Positions 17,353-26,380 of a stretch of DNA of 30,427 nucleotides are shown here, piece after piece. The position numbers were made by a program, and so were the translations under genes. The notes under the pieces are model-generated. The model saw nothing but the letters and a program-made list of their open reading frames with translations. It was not told where the DNA came from and did no database searches. This stretch comes from a virus (lineage: Duplodnaviria > Caudoviricetes), in IMG/VR virus record IMGVR_UViG_3300018420_000069, positions 1 to 30,427 of that record; one strand, 5' to 3'. Position 1 is the first letter of the stretch. Every line of letters starts with the position of its first letter.

Positions 17353-20196
17353 ATGGGACGTTCAATATCAGGCGATGCCGCAGCATCACAAACAAAAACG
17401 GTTTTCAGTGTAGACGGTTTCCAGAAAGGAGACCTGATATACAAGACAGCATCAAAAACTGGAAAGATACCAGATGATTTTGTCGCTACCGCAAGTTTTG
17501 AAGCATCTCAAAGAGAGATAAATTACTATCGAGGTGAGGATAGCTTATACAGCAGAAAAACCATCACTTCTCAAACTCCCACATCGCAGACAGCGATGGG
17601 AAATGGTGTTGCTGCGGCTGTATTAAGCAATGGCAATGTGGTTTCTGTATATCTCAGAAGCTACAACAATCCCGGCACAAGTAGCGAGTATCTTGATGTT
17701 GTTTTTCAAATAGACCAACCTGACGGCACAAGTGTTGTTTCTCCGACAGTGGTCAATCAACTTAATAGCACATACAGAAGTTATGAGAACAGATCATTGG
17801 CAGTTGCGTCAGATTCCAGTGGTGGTTTTGCTGTCTTTTGGACGGGCAGCACTAGCCTTACTGGTCATGTCCAGCTTTTTGACAATACGGGATCAACTGT
17901 TGGTTCTGTTCGGTCGCTTATTTCATCAACCACAACAATAAGAATTAAATCTTTTAACAATGGAACGTATGCTCTTGCATACGGCAATACTTCTAATTAT
18001 TGTTATTTCAGAACCGTTAATTCATCTGGTCTTGGCACACAGCAAACTGTAAATACCAATACGCAGTATTCCTCAAATTTTGATTTGGCTATGGATTCAA
18101 GCGGTGTTGCTCACATTGTTTATAGTACATCAAATCAGATTCTAAGAAAATCCTACAATTCCAGCTCAACTAATGTTATTTCTGAAACAATTAACTCAAG
18201 CCCGATGGCTGGAAGCAGTGTTCTTTGTGTAGCGGTTGCAGTTTCTTCTTCTGATAAAATTATTGCAGTAGCTTTTGGTTTGAATGCCACAGAAAAATTG
18301 GTTCTTTACGGAAAAGACGGGACAAGTGCTGGAGGTTGGCCTTCATCTCACGTTGCTTTATCTTGGGATAACAGTAATGCGCCTGCTCAACATTCACTTT
18401 TGTATTTTGAAAGCATACCTAGCACAGATAATTTTTTCTATCATGCTTGTGGTTTTGAATGGAATCAGGCACAAGTAATAGATTATCTCGGCGTGGCTCA
18501 AGGCCCGACAATAAATAACTTTGGCTCAAGACAGAACGCTGGCGCTAGAGGTTTAATACTGGCTAATTCAGAATTGAGGTTCTATGTATCTGGAGGAGGT
18601 AGAGACACCAATGAGTATAGAACCGATGGTATTCCATTAAATGAAGTTGGCTACGTCACAATAGATCAAACAAATTACGCTGGCAGTGGTGAGAATCTTT
18701 CTTCTGATCCAGTTGTACTAGCATCAACAACTGCAAATGTTAATGGTTACGCAAGAGGAGGCTCTACTCCAAACACTGCTCAGTTTACTGCGGCATCAAA
18801 TCAAACTGTAGTGGGATCATTACCTGTTACTACAAATGAGTCTACTTGGGTAGGAACACTAACTTCAATTGGTGAGTCTTCTAACATTTATTATGTGAGA
18901 GGAATTCAATTAGATAACGGAAACATAGCGATTGTTTATGCTACTAGCACTGCCCATCATCTTCGTGTGCTGGACAAAGATTATCAAACAATAAGCACAA
19001 CTGAGCTTGCGACTTTTACCACATCTAATTGGTATCCAAAAGTTGATATCACAAAATTGGCAAATGGAAACATTGTCGTAGTATGTCATGAAGACAACAA
19101 CAACATACCAACAGTTAGAATGTATGACTCAACGATGTCAGAAATTACGTCTGAAACTGTACTAGATACTTCTCCTACTATTGTTGCAACTGGTCAGCAT
19201 CAGTTTTGTGTTACACAAATACCATACCAGCCAACGTATTTTCTTTTCTCTTGGGCCAACAATGCTACTCAGCTTTATTTCTCTATATATGATTCAACAG
19301 ATATGAGCCAAGTAAACACGGCTACTTCGGTGGATACTAGCCGTACTATGGCCGGCACACAGAGAATGATTGTTGATAAAAGAGGTATTTTCTACGCTAT
19401 CTATAGAAGTCCTCCTTACAGTGAATATCCTTTATTTAGAGGAACAGATAACTCATTTCCAAATTGTACGAGTGTAGGTTCTTTTAATAGACTGAATGGA
19501 TACGGTTCTTCATCCTACAACAGATGGAATGGCGATATAATAATGAGTGCTGACGGCGGTCTTCTGTTTCCGTGGCATAACAACAGTGGGACTGATGGAG
19601 TTACTAGCGTAACTGGAACTTCAAGCGGTGATTGGCGAATTGGTAATGTAGGTACAGCAACTACAAATAATTATGGATCACTCCACGGCACGACAGGAAA
19701 CGGACAATATTTTGTTCTTAATACTACCGGCGCTGGTAGTTATCCGGGCTATATTTGGAAAGGCAGAACAACAATAAATATAGACCCGCAGGCACAAGAT
19801 CAAATATTAACCAACCTAAGCTCATCAGACCAATATATGGGTGGCGATATTATTCCGGCAGACGGAGATACTGCTCATGTGATATTTAGAAGAGGCACTG
19901 ATGCAACTCACATGATTGGAAAAGTTAGAGTCAGGCCAACTGGATATGTTTTGAAGACTGTTCAAAACGTAACACTAAGCGCTCCTGTGACTTTGAATGA
20001 GAAGACATCTCCACTATTAGGAGTTGCTGCTTCTGATTGTTCTGCTGGAGGAAGTGGAATTGTGCAGGTTTCTGGATCAACAGCATTAAATACAAATTAC
20101 CCATCTGGGACATCTGAGTTTTTCGATTTTAGAAGTCAGTTTTCTGATGGTGTCAATGGCTTGATATCAGGTCGCAACATAGAGCTGGGAGATTAA
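17353..20196 (+). CDS. Large S/T/N-rich beta-repeat (propeller-like) tail / receptor-binding protein
   Basis: 947 aa; repeated L.NGN(I/V)V..Y blades; located in the tail cluster. Confidence 0.65.
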   Translation: MGRSISGDAAASQTKTVFSVDGFQKGDLIYKTASKTGKIPDDFVATASFEASQREINYYRGEDSLYSRKTITSQTPTSQTAMGNGVAAAVLSNGNVVSVYLRSYNNPGTSSEYLDVVFQIDQPDGTSVVSPTVVNQLNSTYRSYENRSLAVASDSSGGFAVFWTGSTSLTGHVQLFDNTGSTVGSVRSLISSTTTIRIKSFNNGTYALAYGNTSNYCYFRTVNSSGLGTQQTVNTNTQYSSNFDLAMDSSGVAHIVYSTSNQILRKSYNSSSTNVISETINSSPMAGSSVLCVAVAVSSSDKIIAVAFGLNATEKLVLYGKDGTSAGGWPSSHVALSWDNSNAPAQHSLLYFESIPSTDNFFYHACGFEWNQAQVIDYLGVAQGPTINNFGSRQNAGARGLILANSELRFYVSGGGRDTNEYRTDGIPLNEVGYVTIDQTNYAGSGENLSSDPVVLASTTANVNGYARGGSTPNTAQFTAASNQTVVGSLPVTTNESTWVGTLTSIGESSNIYYVRGIQLDNGNIAIVYATSTAHHLRVLDKDYQTISTTELATFTTSNWYPKVDITKLANGNIVVVCHEDNNNIPTVRMYDSTMSEITSETVLDTSPTIVATGQHQFCVTQIPYQPTYFLFSWANNATQLYFSIYDSTDMSQVNTATSVDTSRTMAGTQRMIVDKRGIFYAIYRSPPYSEYPLFRGTDNSFPNCTSVGSFNRLNGYGSSSYNRWNGDIIMSADGGLLFPWHNNSGTDGVTSVTGTSSGDWRIGNVGTATTNNYGSLHGTTGNGQYFVLNTTGAGSYPGYIWKGRTTINIDPQAQDQILTNLSSSDQYMGGDIIPADGDTAHVIFRRGTDATHMIGKVRVRPTGYVLKTVQNVTLSAPVTLNEKTSPLLGVAASDCSAGGSGIVQVSGSTALNTNYPSGTSEFFDFRSQFSDGVNGLISGRNIELGD

Positions 20197-20197
20197 A

Positions 20198-20881
20198 ATG
20201 AGTATCCCGACACAAACGTCAAATTTATATAACCCGTTTAGCGGTGTATTTGGTAACGGCCAAGTCGAGACATTTTCTTACTCAAGGACGTTTACTGTTC
20301 CTGTAGGTGTTTCTAAAGTCAGAGTAAGATTGTGGGGAGCCGGTGGCTCTGGCGGTGGTGGCGGTGGCGGCTTTGCAATGAAAGTTTGCAATGTAACTCC
20401 CGGCTCTAATATAGCTGTCACTACAGGATACTCTGCGTCATCATTTGGAACTTTTGTTTCTGCTACTCAAGGAGCTAACACAAATGGAGTTGGAGGAACT
20501 GGGGTAGGAGGTGACATTAACCATACAGGAGGACAAGGTAGCACTGCTGGAGGTGGTGTTGCTAATTTGTTTGGAAATGGTGGCAGACCCGGACAACCCG
20601 GAACGTCTGGAGGTGGAGCGATAGCTTCTGGAAATACTGGATATGCAGGATTAAATACTAGCGGAGGTTTCCATACAAGCACATCAAGTGAACCAAAATA
20701 TCAGCCAGTAACTCATCCTATTTTTTCTATGGATTTCTTAGGAACTGGTCCGGGCGGTGGATACAATCAAATGGGTGTAAATGGTGGTGGTACTGGTGGT
20801 GGAAGTACCGCAGGCTCTTTTCCCGGAGGTGGTGGTGTTGGCGCCACTGGTGGTTATGGTTTTGTGATTGTGGAGTATTAA
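20198..20881 (+). CDS. Glycine-rich tail fibre tip protein
   Basis: 'TFTVPVGVSKVRVRLWGAGGSGGGGGGG...GFVIVEY' is the signature of the phage glycine-rich domain. Confidence 0.8.
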   Translation: MSIPTQTSNLYNPFSGVFGNGQVETFSYSRTFTVPVGVSKVRVRLWGAGGSGGGGGGGFAMKVCNVTPGSNIAVTTGYSASSFGTFVSATQGANTNGVGGTGVGGDINHTGGQGSTAGGGVANLFGNGGRPGQPGTSGGGAIASGNTGYAGLNTSGGFHTSTSSEPKYQPVTHPIFSMDFLGTGPGGGYNQMGVNGGGTGGGSTAGSFPGGGGVGATGGYGFVIVEY

Positions 20882-20883
20882 AA

Positions 20884-21177
20884 ATGATTGTCAGAATGGA
20901 AGGTAATACTATTGCAGAAATCTACACTGCCGTAGAAGGTTTTGAACTGGAAGAATGTTTTCACCCAGACGTTTTGAGAACCGCAGTAGAAGTAGAAGAT
21001 TACTTGAGCGTTGGATGTGCCGTGCAAGAAGATGGCTCTTGGTTAGACGCTGAAGGTGAAGTTATTCCAGAATCTGTTCCAGTTGAGCCGGTTGAAGAAG
21101 AGGATCCTGCTGAGGAAGAACCTGCCGAAGAAGCTCCAGCAGAGGAAGCTCCTGCTGAGGAGCCTGCTCCGGAATGA
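20884..21177 (+). CDS. Acidic hypothetical protein (tail fibre chaperone-like) with PAEE(A/E) repeats
   Basis: 'ECFHPD' motif after the Gly-rich fibre gene; 15-bp repeats at about 21106-21170. Confidence 0.6.
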   Translation: MIVRMEGNTIAEIYTAVEGFELEECFHPDVLRTAVEVEDYLSVGCAVQEDGSWLDAEGEVIPESVPVEPVEEEDPAEEEPAEEAPAEEAPAEEPAPE

Positions 21178-21180
21178 TCC

Positions 21181-21396
21181 GTGGTTCATGTATTTGTATT
21201 GATAATGACCATCGGAGGAGTGGAAGTAGCTAACGACTCCTGTCGGGAAGCTATGTGCTTTTACAACCTAGATACCTGTAATTCGTTTGCGGCTAAGTTA
21301 AGGCGCAGAGGAAGCCCAAGTACATCAATAAATATTACAGCCTATTGTAAGCCGATATTGGTAGACCCGACTCAAGATGGAGTGAGAGTTTACTAA
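21181..21396 (+). CDS. Small Cys-rich protein with hydrophobic N-terminus
   Basis: GTG start with GGAG upstream; four Cys; stop overlaps the next ATG. Confidence 0.6.
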   Translation: MVHVFVLIMTIGGVEVANDSCREAMCFYNLDTCNSFAAKLRRRGSPSTSINITAYCKPILVDPTQDGVRVY

Positions 21397-21866
21397 TGGC
21401 TGTCGCAGAAATAGGAATGCTTATCGCGGGAGCTAGAAAGGCCGTGCAGTTTTGCGAAGCTGTAGCTGAGGCAAACGGTGATTTCCAACAATGTGTAGGT
21501 AAGATTCAGACCTTTTTTAACTGCGCTGATGCGATTAAAGAGGCGGAGGTAAAAGCGGAAAGCGGTGATTACTTTTCGCGTAACAGCCCAGAGGCTGAAG
21601 CTCTACAGAACTTAAATGCTCGCTACCAAATGGAGCAGATGGAAAACCAACTCCGCACTTTAATTGTGTGGAATATGTCCGAACAACATTATAAGGACAT
21701 GATGCGTGATAGAAAGCGCATACGAGAAAGAAGGATGCAAATTGCTAAAGCTAGAGCAGCCAGACGTAAGATGATGATTGATGGCACGTTTGTACTAGGT
21801 TGTGCTGTGCTTGGTTTTGGTCTTATTTGGTACACAGCATTATTGATTATCGGATACGCAGAGTAA
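21396..21866 (+). CDS. Coiled-coil protein with C-terminal transmembrane helix
   Basis: Basic stretch followed by 'FVLGCAVLGFGLIWYTALLII'. Confidence 0.65.
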   Translation: MAVAEIGMLIAGARKAVQFCEAVAEANGDFQQCVGKIQTFFNCADAIKEAEVKAESGDYFSRNSPEAEALQNLNARYQMEQMENQLRTLIVWNMSEQHYKDMMRDRKRIRERRMQIAKARAARRKMMIDGTFVLGCAVLGFGLIWYTALLIIGYAE

Positions 21867-22087
21867 TGGAATACCAACTTTTATTTAACATAATTATTGC
21901 AGTGGCTGGGTTCTTAGGCGGTGTATTAGTCAACAGAGCATTTTCTACATTAGATAAAATAAATGACGAGCTAAAGATTATTCCTGAGAAGTACGTTTCG
22001 AAGGATGACTACCGAGAGGACATCCGAGAGATTAAAGAAACGCTCGGTGCAATCTTTAAGAAACTAGACAACAAGGCTGAAAAATGA
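21866..22087 (+). CDS. Small membrane protein, holin/antiholin-like (1 TM + coiled coil)
   Basis: True start is ATG 21866 (TAATG overlap): MEYQLLFNIIIAVAGFLGGVLV...EKYVSKDDY...IFKKLD. Confidence 0.65.
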   Translation: MEYQLLFNIIIAVAGFLGGVLVNRAFSTLDKINDELKIIPEKYVSKDDYREDIREIKETLGAIFKKLDNKAEK

Positions 22088-22818
22088 AACTTGATCCTGT
22101 TCTACTAAATATGGCTGCAAGCTGGTCAGAGAAGGCTTACAACAAGAAGAACAAGGACGCTATCAAGATTGAAAACAAGCTCACAGGAGCCACGGCTTTT
22201 GTGATCAAGCGCAAGACCATTGATGTCATTGCGTTTCGTGGTACGGAGAAGAAGCTAAACGATATTCTCACAGACCTGACGGCTATCCCGGTTCCGTATG
22301 CCGGTAGGATGTGCCACGCAGGCTTCGTTCTACAACCCGCTCCTATCCGCCATCCGACCAAGAAGCACATTGACCCAAAGAAGCGCACGATGTTTACAGG
22401 CCACAGTCTAGGCGGTGCGCTGGCAGAGATGTCTGCTGCCAAGATGAACGGCAAGCACGACAACATTAATCTCATCACGTTCGGTAAGCCGAATACGTTC
22501 TTCAAAGGCTTCAAGAGACCGATGAAGCTCGACAACCAGATATCCTGCGTCAATGGCAGTGATATGGTTGCACGAGTCCCACGGCTGCTCTACGGGCCTT
22601 CTAAGTCACAAACAATGCTATACTTTAGCAATACAGGCCCAGACTATATCAATCCCAGTAAGGACACCAGAATAGCTGACAGAGGCGGCATGAAGGATAG
22701 AGTTGCTGACCACAGCATGAGCGATTACAAGAAAAGGCTAAAAGAGTATCTTGAGTCTCAAGAGAAGGTAAAGCCTATAAACCAAGAAGCTGCTAAGCAA
22801 CTGGAGAAAATGAAATGA
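22084..22818 (+). CDS. Lipase class 3 (alpha/beta hydrolase)
   Basis: IAFRGT, HAGF, TGHSLGGALA, TFGKP, DMVARVP, DHSM: Ser-Asp-His triad motifs. Confidence 0.9.
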   Translation: MKLDPVLLNMAASWSEKAYNKKNKDAIKIENKLTGATAFVIKRKTIDVIAFRGTEKKLNDILTDLTAIPVPYAGRMCHAGFVLQPAPIRHPTKKHIDPKKRTMFTGHSLGGALAEMSAAKMNGKHDNINLITFGKPNTFFKGFKRPMKLDNQISCVNGSDMVARVPRLLYGPSKSQTMLYFSNTGPDYINPSKDTRIADRGGMKDRVADHSMSDYKKRLKEYLESQEKVKPINQEAAKQLEKMK

Positions 22819-23045
22819 GACTGATCTGTCTATTGTTTGTGTTTACCTTATCAAGCTGCACATCCGTGCAAGGTGTAATCGACAACAAGGAAATATACTG
22901 CTCGCAATTCTACAAAGGCATCCGTGCTGTTGGGCGGTCTGCTTTGTCTGCTACGGCTGGCGTGGTAGTGCCTGATGTCTGCGACACAATAGACGATATT
23001 GTTGCGGAGGAAAACGCCGAAGGCGTGGACAAAAGCGATAGCTGA
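22815..23045 (+). CDS. Lipoprotein (possible o-spanin-like or lipase partner)
   Basis: Signal peptide with lipobox LSSC; two further Cys. Confidence 0.7.
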   Translation: MRLICLLFVFTLSSCTSVQGVIDNKEIYCSQFYKGIRAVGRSALSATAGVVVPDVCDTIDDIVAEENAEGVDKSDS

Positions 23046-23081
23046 TCTCCGACTTATAATCCAACTGGTGTTATTGTTCAA

Positions 23082-23546
23082 ATGAAACTAGGTGGCCTAC
23101 TCAAAAGCCTCGCTCCTACCATAGCCTCTGCTGCTGGCGGGCCTCTCAGCGGTATGGCTGTAAAGATCGCAGCTCAGAAACTCAATCTACCAGACGCTAC
23201 AGCAAATGAGATAGAAGACCTGATTGAGCGAGAGCCGGAGAAAGCGGTTTTACTAAAGCAGGCTGACGCTGAGTTTAAGAATCGCATCCGAGAGATGGAG
23301 ATAGACCTTGAGTCATTTAAGACTGAAGTCGAAGACCGCAAGGATGCTAGGAATAAGTTTTCTGGAGACCTTACGCCAAAGGTGTTTTGCATATTGGCGT
23401 TGTTGCTGTACGGAGCTTATGTAATGGCTGTAACGATTATGCCGCACGATCAAAACGATGAGACCATAATTTCACTCGTGCTGGGCCAGCTATCCGGGAT
23501 ACTGGGAACCTGCGCGGCGTTCTTCTACGGAGGCTCTCAGAAGTGA
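23082..23546 (+). CDS. Holin (3TM / GTA-holin-like)
   Basis: 'LAPTIASAAGGPLSG', 'DRKDAR', two C-terminal TMs ending 'FFYGGS'; precedes the lysozyme. Confidence 0.75.
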   Translation: MKLGGLLKSLAPTIASAAGGPLSGMAVKIAAQKLNLPDATANEIEDLIEREPEKAVLLKQADAEFKNRIREMEIDLESFKTEVEDRKDARNKFSGDLTPKVFCILALLLYGAYVMAVTIMPHDQNDETIISLVLGQLSGILGTCAAFFYGGSQK

Positions 23547-23974
23547 ATAAGATGGACAGGCTCATAGAACAACTAAAGCGCCACGAAGGCGTTGAGACTC
23601 ATGCGTACAAATGCTCAAGCGGCAAGCTGACTATTGGTGTTGGTAGAAACATTGACCCAGAAGGCGGTATCGGTTTATCAATGGATGAGATTGAGTACCT
23701 GCTGTCTAATGACATCCTGCGCTGCATTAAAGAGCTTAGCACTGAATATGCGTGGTTTGGTGATCTGGATGAGGTGCGTCAAGAGGCAATAATTAATATC
23801 TTCCTGAATCTGGGCGCAACAAGATTCCGTTTATTTAAGCGGGCTCTGGCCGGGATGGAGCAAGGAGATTATGAAACTGCAAGCACTGAGTTTCTGGACA
23901 GTCGCTGGGCTAAGCAGGTAGGCGGTAGAGCGTTAGAGCTTACCGATATAATCAGGTCAGGCGAGTATGTATGA
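23543..23974 (+). CDS. Endolysin, phage lysozyme (GH24, T4-like)
   Basis: 'QLKRHEG...YKCSSGKLTIGVGRN', 'FLNLG', 'EFLDSRWAKQVGGRA'. Confidence 0.92.
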   Translation: MNKMDRLIEQLKRHEGVETHAYKCSSGKLTIGVGRNIDPEGGIGLSMDEIEYLLSNDILRCIKELSTEYAWFGDLDEVRQEAIINIFLNLGATRFRLFKRALAGMEQGDYETASTEFLDSRWAKQVGGRALELTDIIRSGEYV

Positions 23975-24365
23975 TCCTTATATCTACGTTTGTGAGATTG
24001 TTCGAGTCGTTGATGGAGATACTATTGATGTCAATGTTTCTCTGGGTTGGTCTGTTTATCTTCGTAAGCAGCGTATTCGTTTATACGGCGTTGACGCTCC
24101 CGAATCTCGCACTAGAGATGTGGAAGAGAAAAAATACGGTAAAGCCTCGAAGAAGTTTGTCAAAGACTTCCTGAGTAGCGATCACATTCTGCTCAAGACT
24201 AGAGAGAAAGGCAAATACGGCAGATATCTAGGTGACTTCTGCGTTGGTGATAAATGGCTTTGCGACGAGATGATCAAGGCTCACCACGCTGTACCGTATT
24301 ACGGGCAGAACAAGGCTGACATCGCAGCCGCGCACATCCGCAACAGAGCCTTAGTGCAGCTCTGA
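23967..24365 (+). CDS. Thermonuclease (staphylococcal nuclease family)
   Basis: 'RVVDGDTID', 'RIRLYGVDAPE', 'GKYGRYLG'. Confidence 0.92.
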   Translation: MYDPYIYVCEIVRVVDGDTIDVNVSLGWSVYLRKQRIRLYGVDAPESRTRDVEEKKYGKASKKFVKDFLSSDHILLKTREKGKYGRYLGDFCVGDKWLCDEMIKAHHAVPYYGQNKADIAAAHIRNRALVQL

Positions 24366-24569
24366 TCCGTATCTGTCAGTCTCTTCCATATACTTGAAGA
24401 ACTCTTTGCTTCGAGTTTCATCACCGAATACAAAGTCTTCTAGGTGTGACAGGTTCCAAGCCAGCGTTGCTATGTAATTAAGATCGCGGCTATTGAACTT
24501 GTGAGGAGCCCGCTTCAGCCATTCCTCGCAGTCCTCTGGGTTCTTTAAGATAAAGCTAATGCCTTCCAT
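24351..24569 (-). CDS. Hypothetical protein
   Basis: Last ORF of the tightly overlapping leftward operon. Confidence 0.55.
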   Translation of the reverse strand: MEGISFILKNPEDCEEWLKRAPHKFNSRDLNYIATLAWNLSHLEDFVFGDETRSKEFFKYMEETDRYGSELH

Positions 24570-25060
24570 TTTTTTGCCTCTTCGATGTCAGACAGATGCT
24601 TGTACTTGACTAGCCTAGCATCTTCTTTGACGGCTGTGTTGGTTATTTTTTCACCACGCTTGCGCTCTATAGCTAGATCGGTAGACCAGAACCACTCTTT
24701 AGAACAGTGACCCATAACGGTGCAGGTGTTGTCTAGGATGTTCACCACGGTGAATATGTAATGATCGCACTTCTGGTGACGCTGGTAGTCTGTCAGCAAG
24801 ACTCTACTGTCTGCGTGAGGTACATACTTCGGAGCGTTGGTTTTGACATCAATCCGGCAGTTGCCCACTAGAAAGTCATAATCAAACCCGTCTACAAAGC
24901 TGTACGGTACGTCATAGCAGGCCAGAAGCTCAGCCACAGCAAGCTCTCCGATAGTGCCTACTACCTTACTGTGCTTGTTAATACTGCGTCTGTTGAGCGT
25001 TTCTGGAGTGTCTTCAGCGATGTCGTACCAGATGTCAGGTATCTCAAAGATCGCTTTCAT
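24545..25060 (-). CDS. PD-(D/E)XK-fold nuclease-like protein
   Basis: 'GTIGELAV...YDF...RIDVKT...CDHYIF' pattern. Confidence 0.6.
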   Translation of the reverse strand: MKAIFEIPDIWYDIAEDTPETLNRRSINKHSKVVGTIGELAVAELLACYDVPYSFVDGFDYDFLVGNCRIDVKTNAPKYVPHADSRVLLTDYQRHQKCDHYIFTVVNILDNTCTVMGHCSKEWFWSTDLAIERKRGEKITNTAVKEDARLVKYKHLSDIEEAKKWKALALS

Positions 25061-25460
25061 GCGAAGGCCACGGTATGTGGATGCCTAGCTTCTCTCCGAG
25101 GTACTTGTTCAGGATGTCATAGACCTTGATGTAGTCTATTTTGTTTGCATCTGCTGAGCTTTCTTGGTCTGTCAGTGTTTTTAGCACTGGCTTAAATAGG
25201 TAGTCTTTGACAGCGTACTTAGTCCACGGTATCTCTTTCTTGTGTTCCATCACTGTCTTTACGTCTAGGTTCTTCTCGTTCAGCGCATCTGCAAGCTGTT
25301 CGCACCAGAGGTGCAATGAGCTGTTCTGCTTGACGCTACGCTGTTTTCCCGTCTTCCATTGCATGACAAGATACTTGTCCTTGCGATAGCACTCATCAAT
25401 GTGTTGCTTGAACATCTCTAGCGTATGCTCGCTGTTTATAATCCAATGCTGACCCGTCAT
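25044..25460 (-). CDS. NinB-like protein
   Basis: 'KQRSVKQNSSLHLWCEQLA', 'KDYLFKP', 'SSAD'; adjacent to the NinG-like gene. Confidence 0.65.
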   Translation of the reverse strand: MTGQHWIINSEHTLEMFKQHIDECYRKDKYLVMQWKTGKQRSVKQNSSLHLWCEQLADALNEKNLDVKTVMEHKKEIPWTKYAVKDYLFKPVLKTLTDQESSADANKIDYIKVYDILNKYLGEKLGIHIPWPSHESDL

Positions 25461-25864
25461 TTCAGCCTCTTCTCCTGTTCTTTGATTTGCGCTCTCAAGT
25501 CTTTAATCATGTCATCATAATCAGCCTTGTAGAGCTTGTGGACTTGGTTCTTTGTAGCAATCATGTGATCAACATGATCCTTGCCGTACATATCAATCAT
25601 GTGCAGCGTGTAGGCTTGTGATGCAGTGCCGTGCTTCATGCCAAACCCATTACAACCTTTGCATTGCAGGTGCACATTGCACTCTTCCAGCGCCCAGCGA
25701 CTGCTTGCGCCTTTCGGGAGCCAATGGCCTCCATCTGCATCCTTGTAATGCACCAGCTTGTTGCACGACACGCACCTAGCCATACCGTTGTCATCAGCAG
25801 CCTTCATCCTGACAAGCTGCTGAAGCAACCGTAATGCCTTTGCTCTGGGAGTTTCACTCGGCAC
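25457..25864 (-). CDS. ninG: NinG/Rap-like recombination endonuclease
   Basis: 'CVSC', 'DGGHW', 'RWALEECNVHLQCKGCN' are NinG signature motifs. Confidence 0.8.
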   Translation of the reverse strand: MPSETPRAKALRLLQQLVRMKAADDNGMARCVSCNKLVHYKDADGGHWLPKGASSRWALEECNVHLQCKGCNGFGMKHGTASQAYTLHMIDMYGKDHVDHMIATKNQVHKLYKADYDDMIKDLRAQIKEQEKRLK

Positions 25865-26084
25865 TCTTACGCACCTTTACAATGTGGAACCCGCCATTAG
25901 TGACCTGCTGAACGTCAAACGTAATATCTTTGCCGCGTAGCCAGCCTTTGATTGACCAGTAGGCTCTCCGCATTTCATCGTAATCCTCAAACTCGATGGC
26001 CTGCGAATATCCCATATCAACAAAGGCTCTAACTGCTTGGTTCTTGATCTGCCGCTCAGCTTTCTCAAATTCGACAACTTTCAT
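25854..26084 (-). CDS. Hypothetical protein (possible small DNA-binding protein)
   Basis: Overlapping start/stop coupling within the operon. Confidence 0.55.
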   Translation of the reverse strand: MKVVEFEKAERQIKNQAVRAFVDMGYSQAIEFEDYDEMRRAYWSIKGWLRGKDITFDVQQVTNGGFHIVKVRKSAE

Positions 26085-26380
26085 TAGAATGGTATATCCG
26101 AGTAATCTTCTTTTGTTTCATGTGGAACGTCATCAGGCTTTTCGCTCGCTACACGCTCCCATTTCAACGAAATAAACTTAGCGCCTGTCTTGCTGTTGGT
26201 ATTCAGCCAGCCTTTCAGGTCATACCCATACTCGCTCTTCCCAATCTGGCCTGAGTTGACAGCCTCAAACAGAGCCTTCATGTCTTCCTCTTTGATGCTG
26301 GCGTAATACTGGTCATCATCATACTTTGACTTGTTTATCCCAGTAAGCTGCACCCATTCCTTCTTCTCATACTTATCCAT
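26084..26380 (-). CDS. Small SSB-like protein with acidic DIPF tail
   Basis: 'GWLNTNSKTGAKFISLK' and C-terminal 'EDYSDIPF'; follows exonuclease and annealing genes. Confidence 0.65.
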   Translation of the reverse strand: MDKYEKKEWVQLTGINKSKYDDDQYYASIKEEDMKALFEAVNSGQIGKSEYGYDLKGWLNTNSKTGAKFISLKWERVASEKPDDVPHETKEDYSDIPF

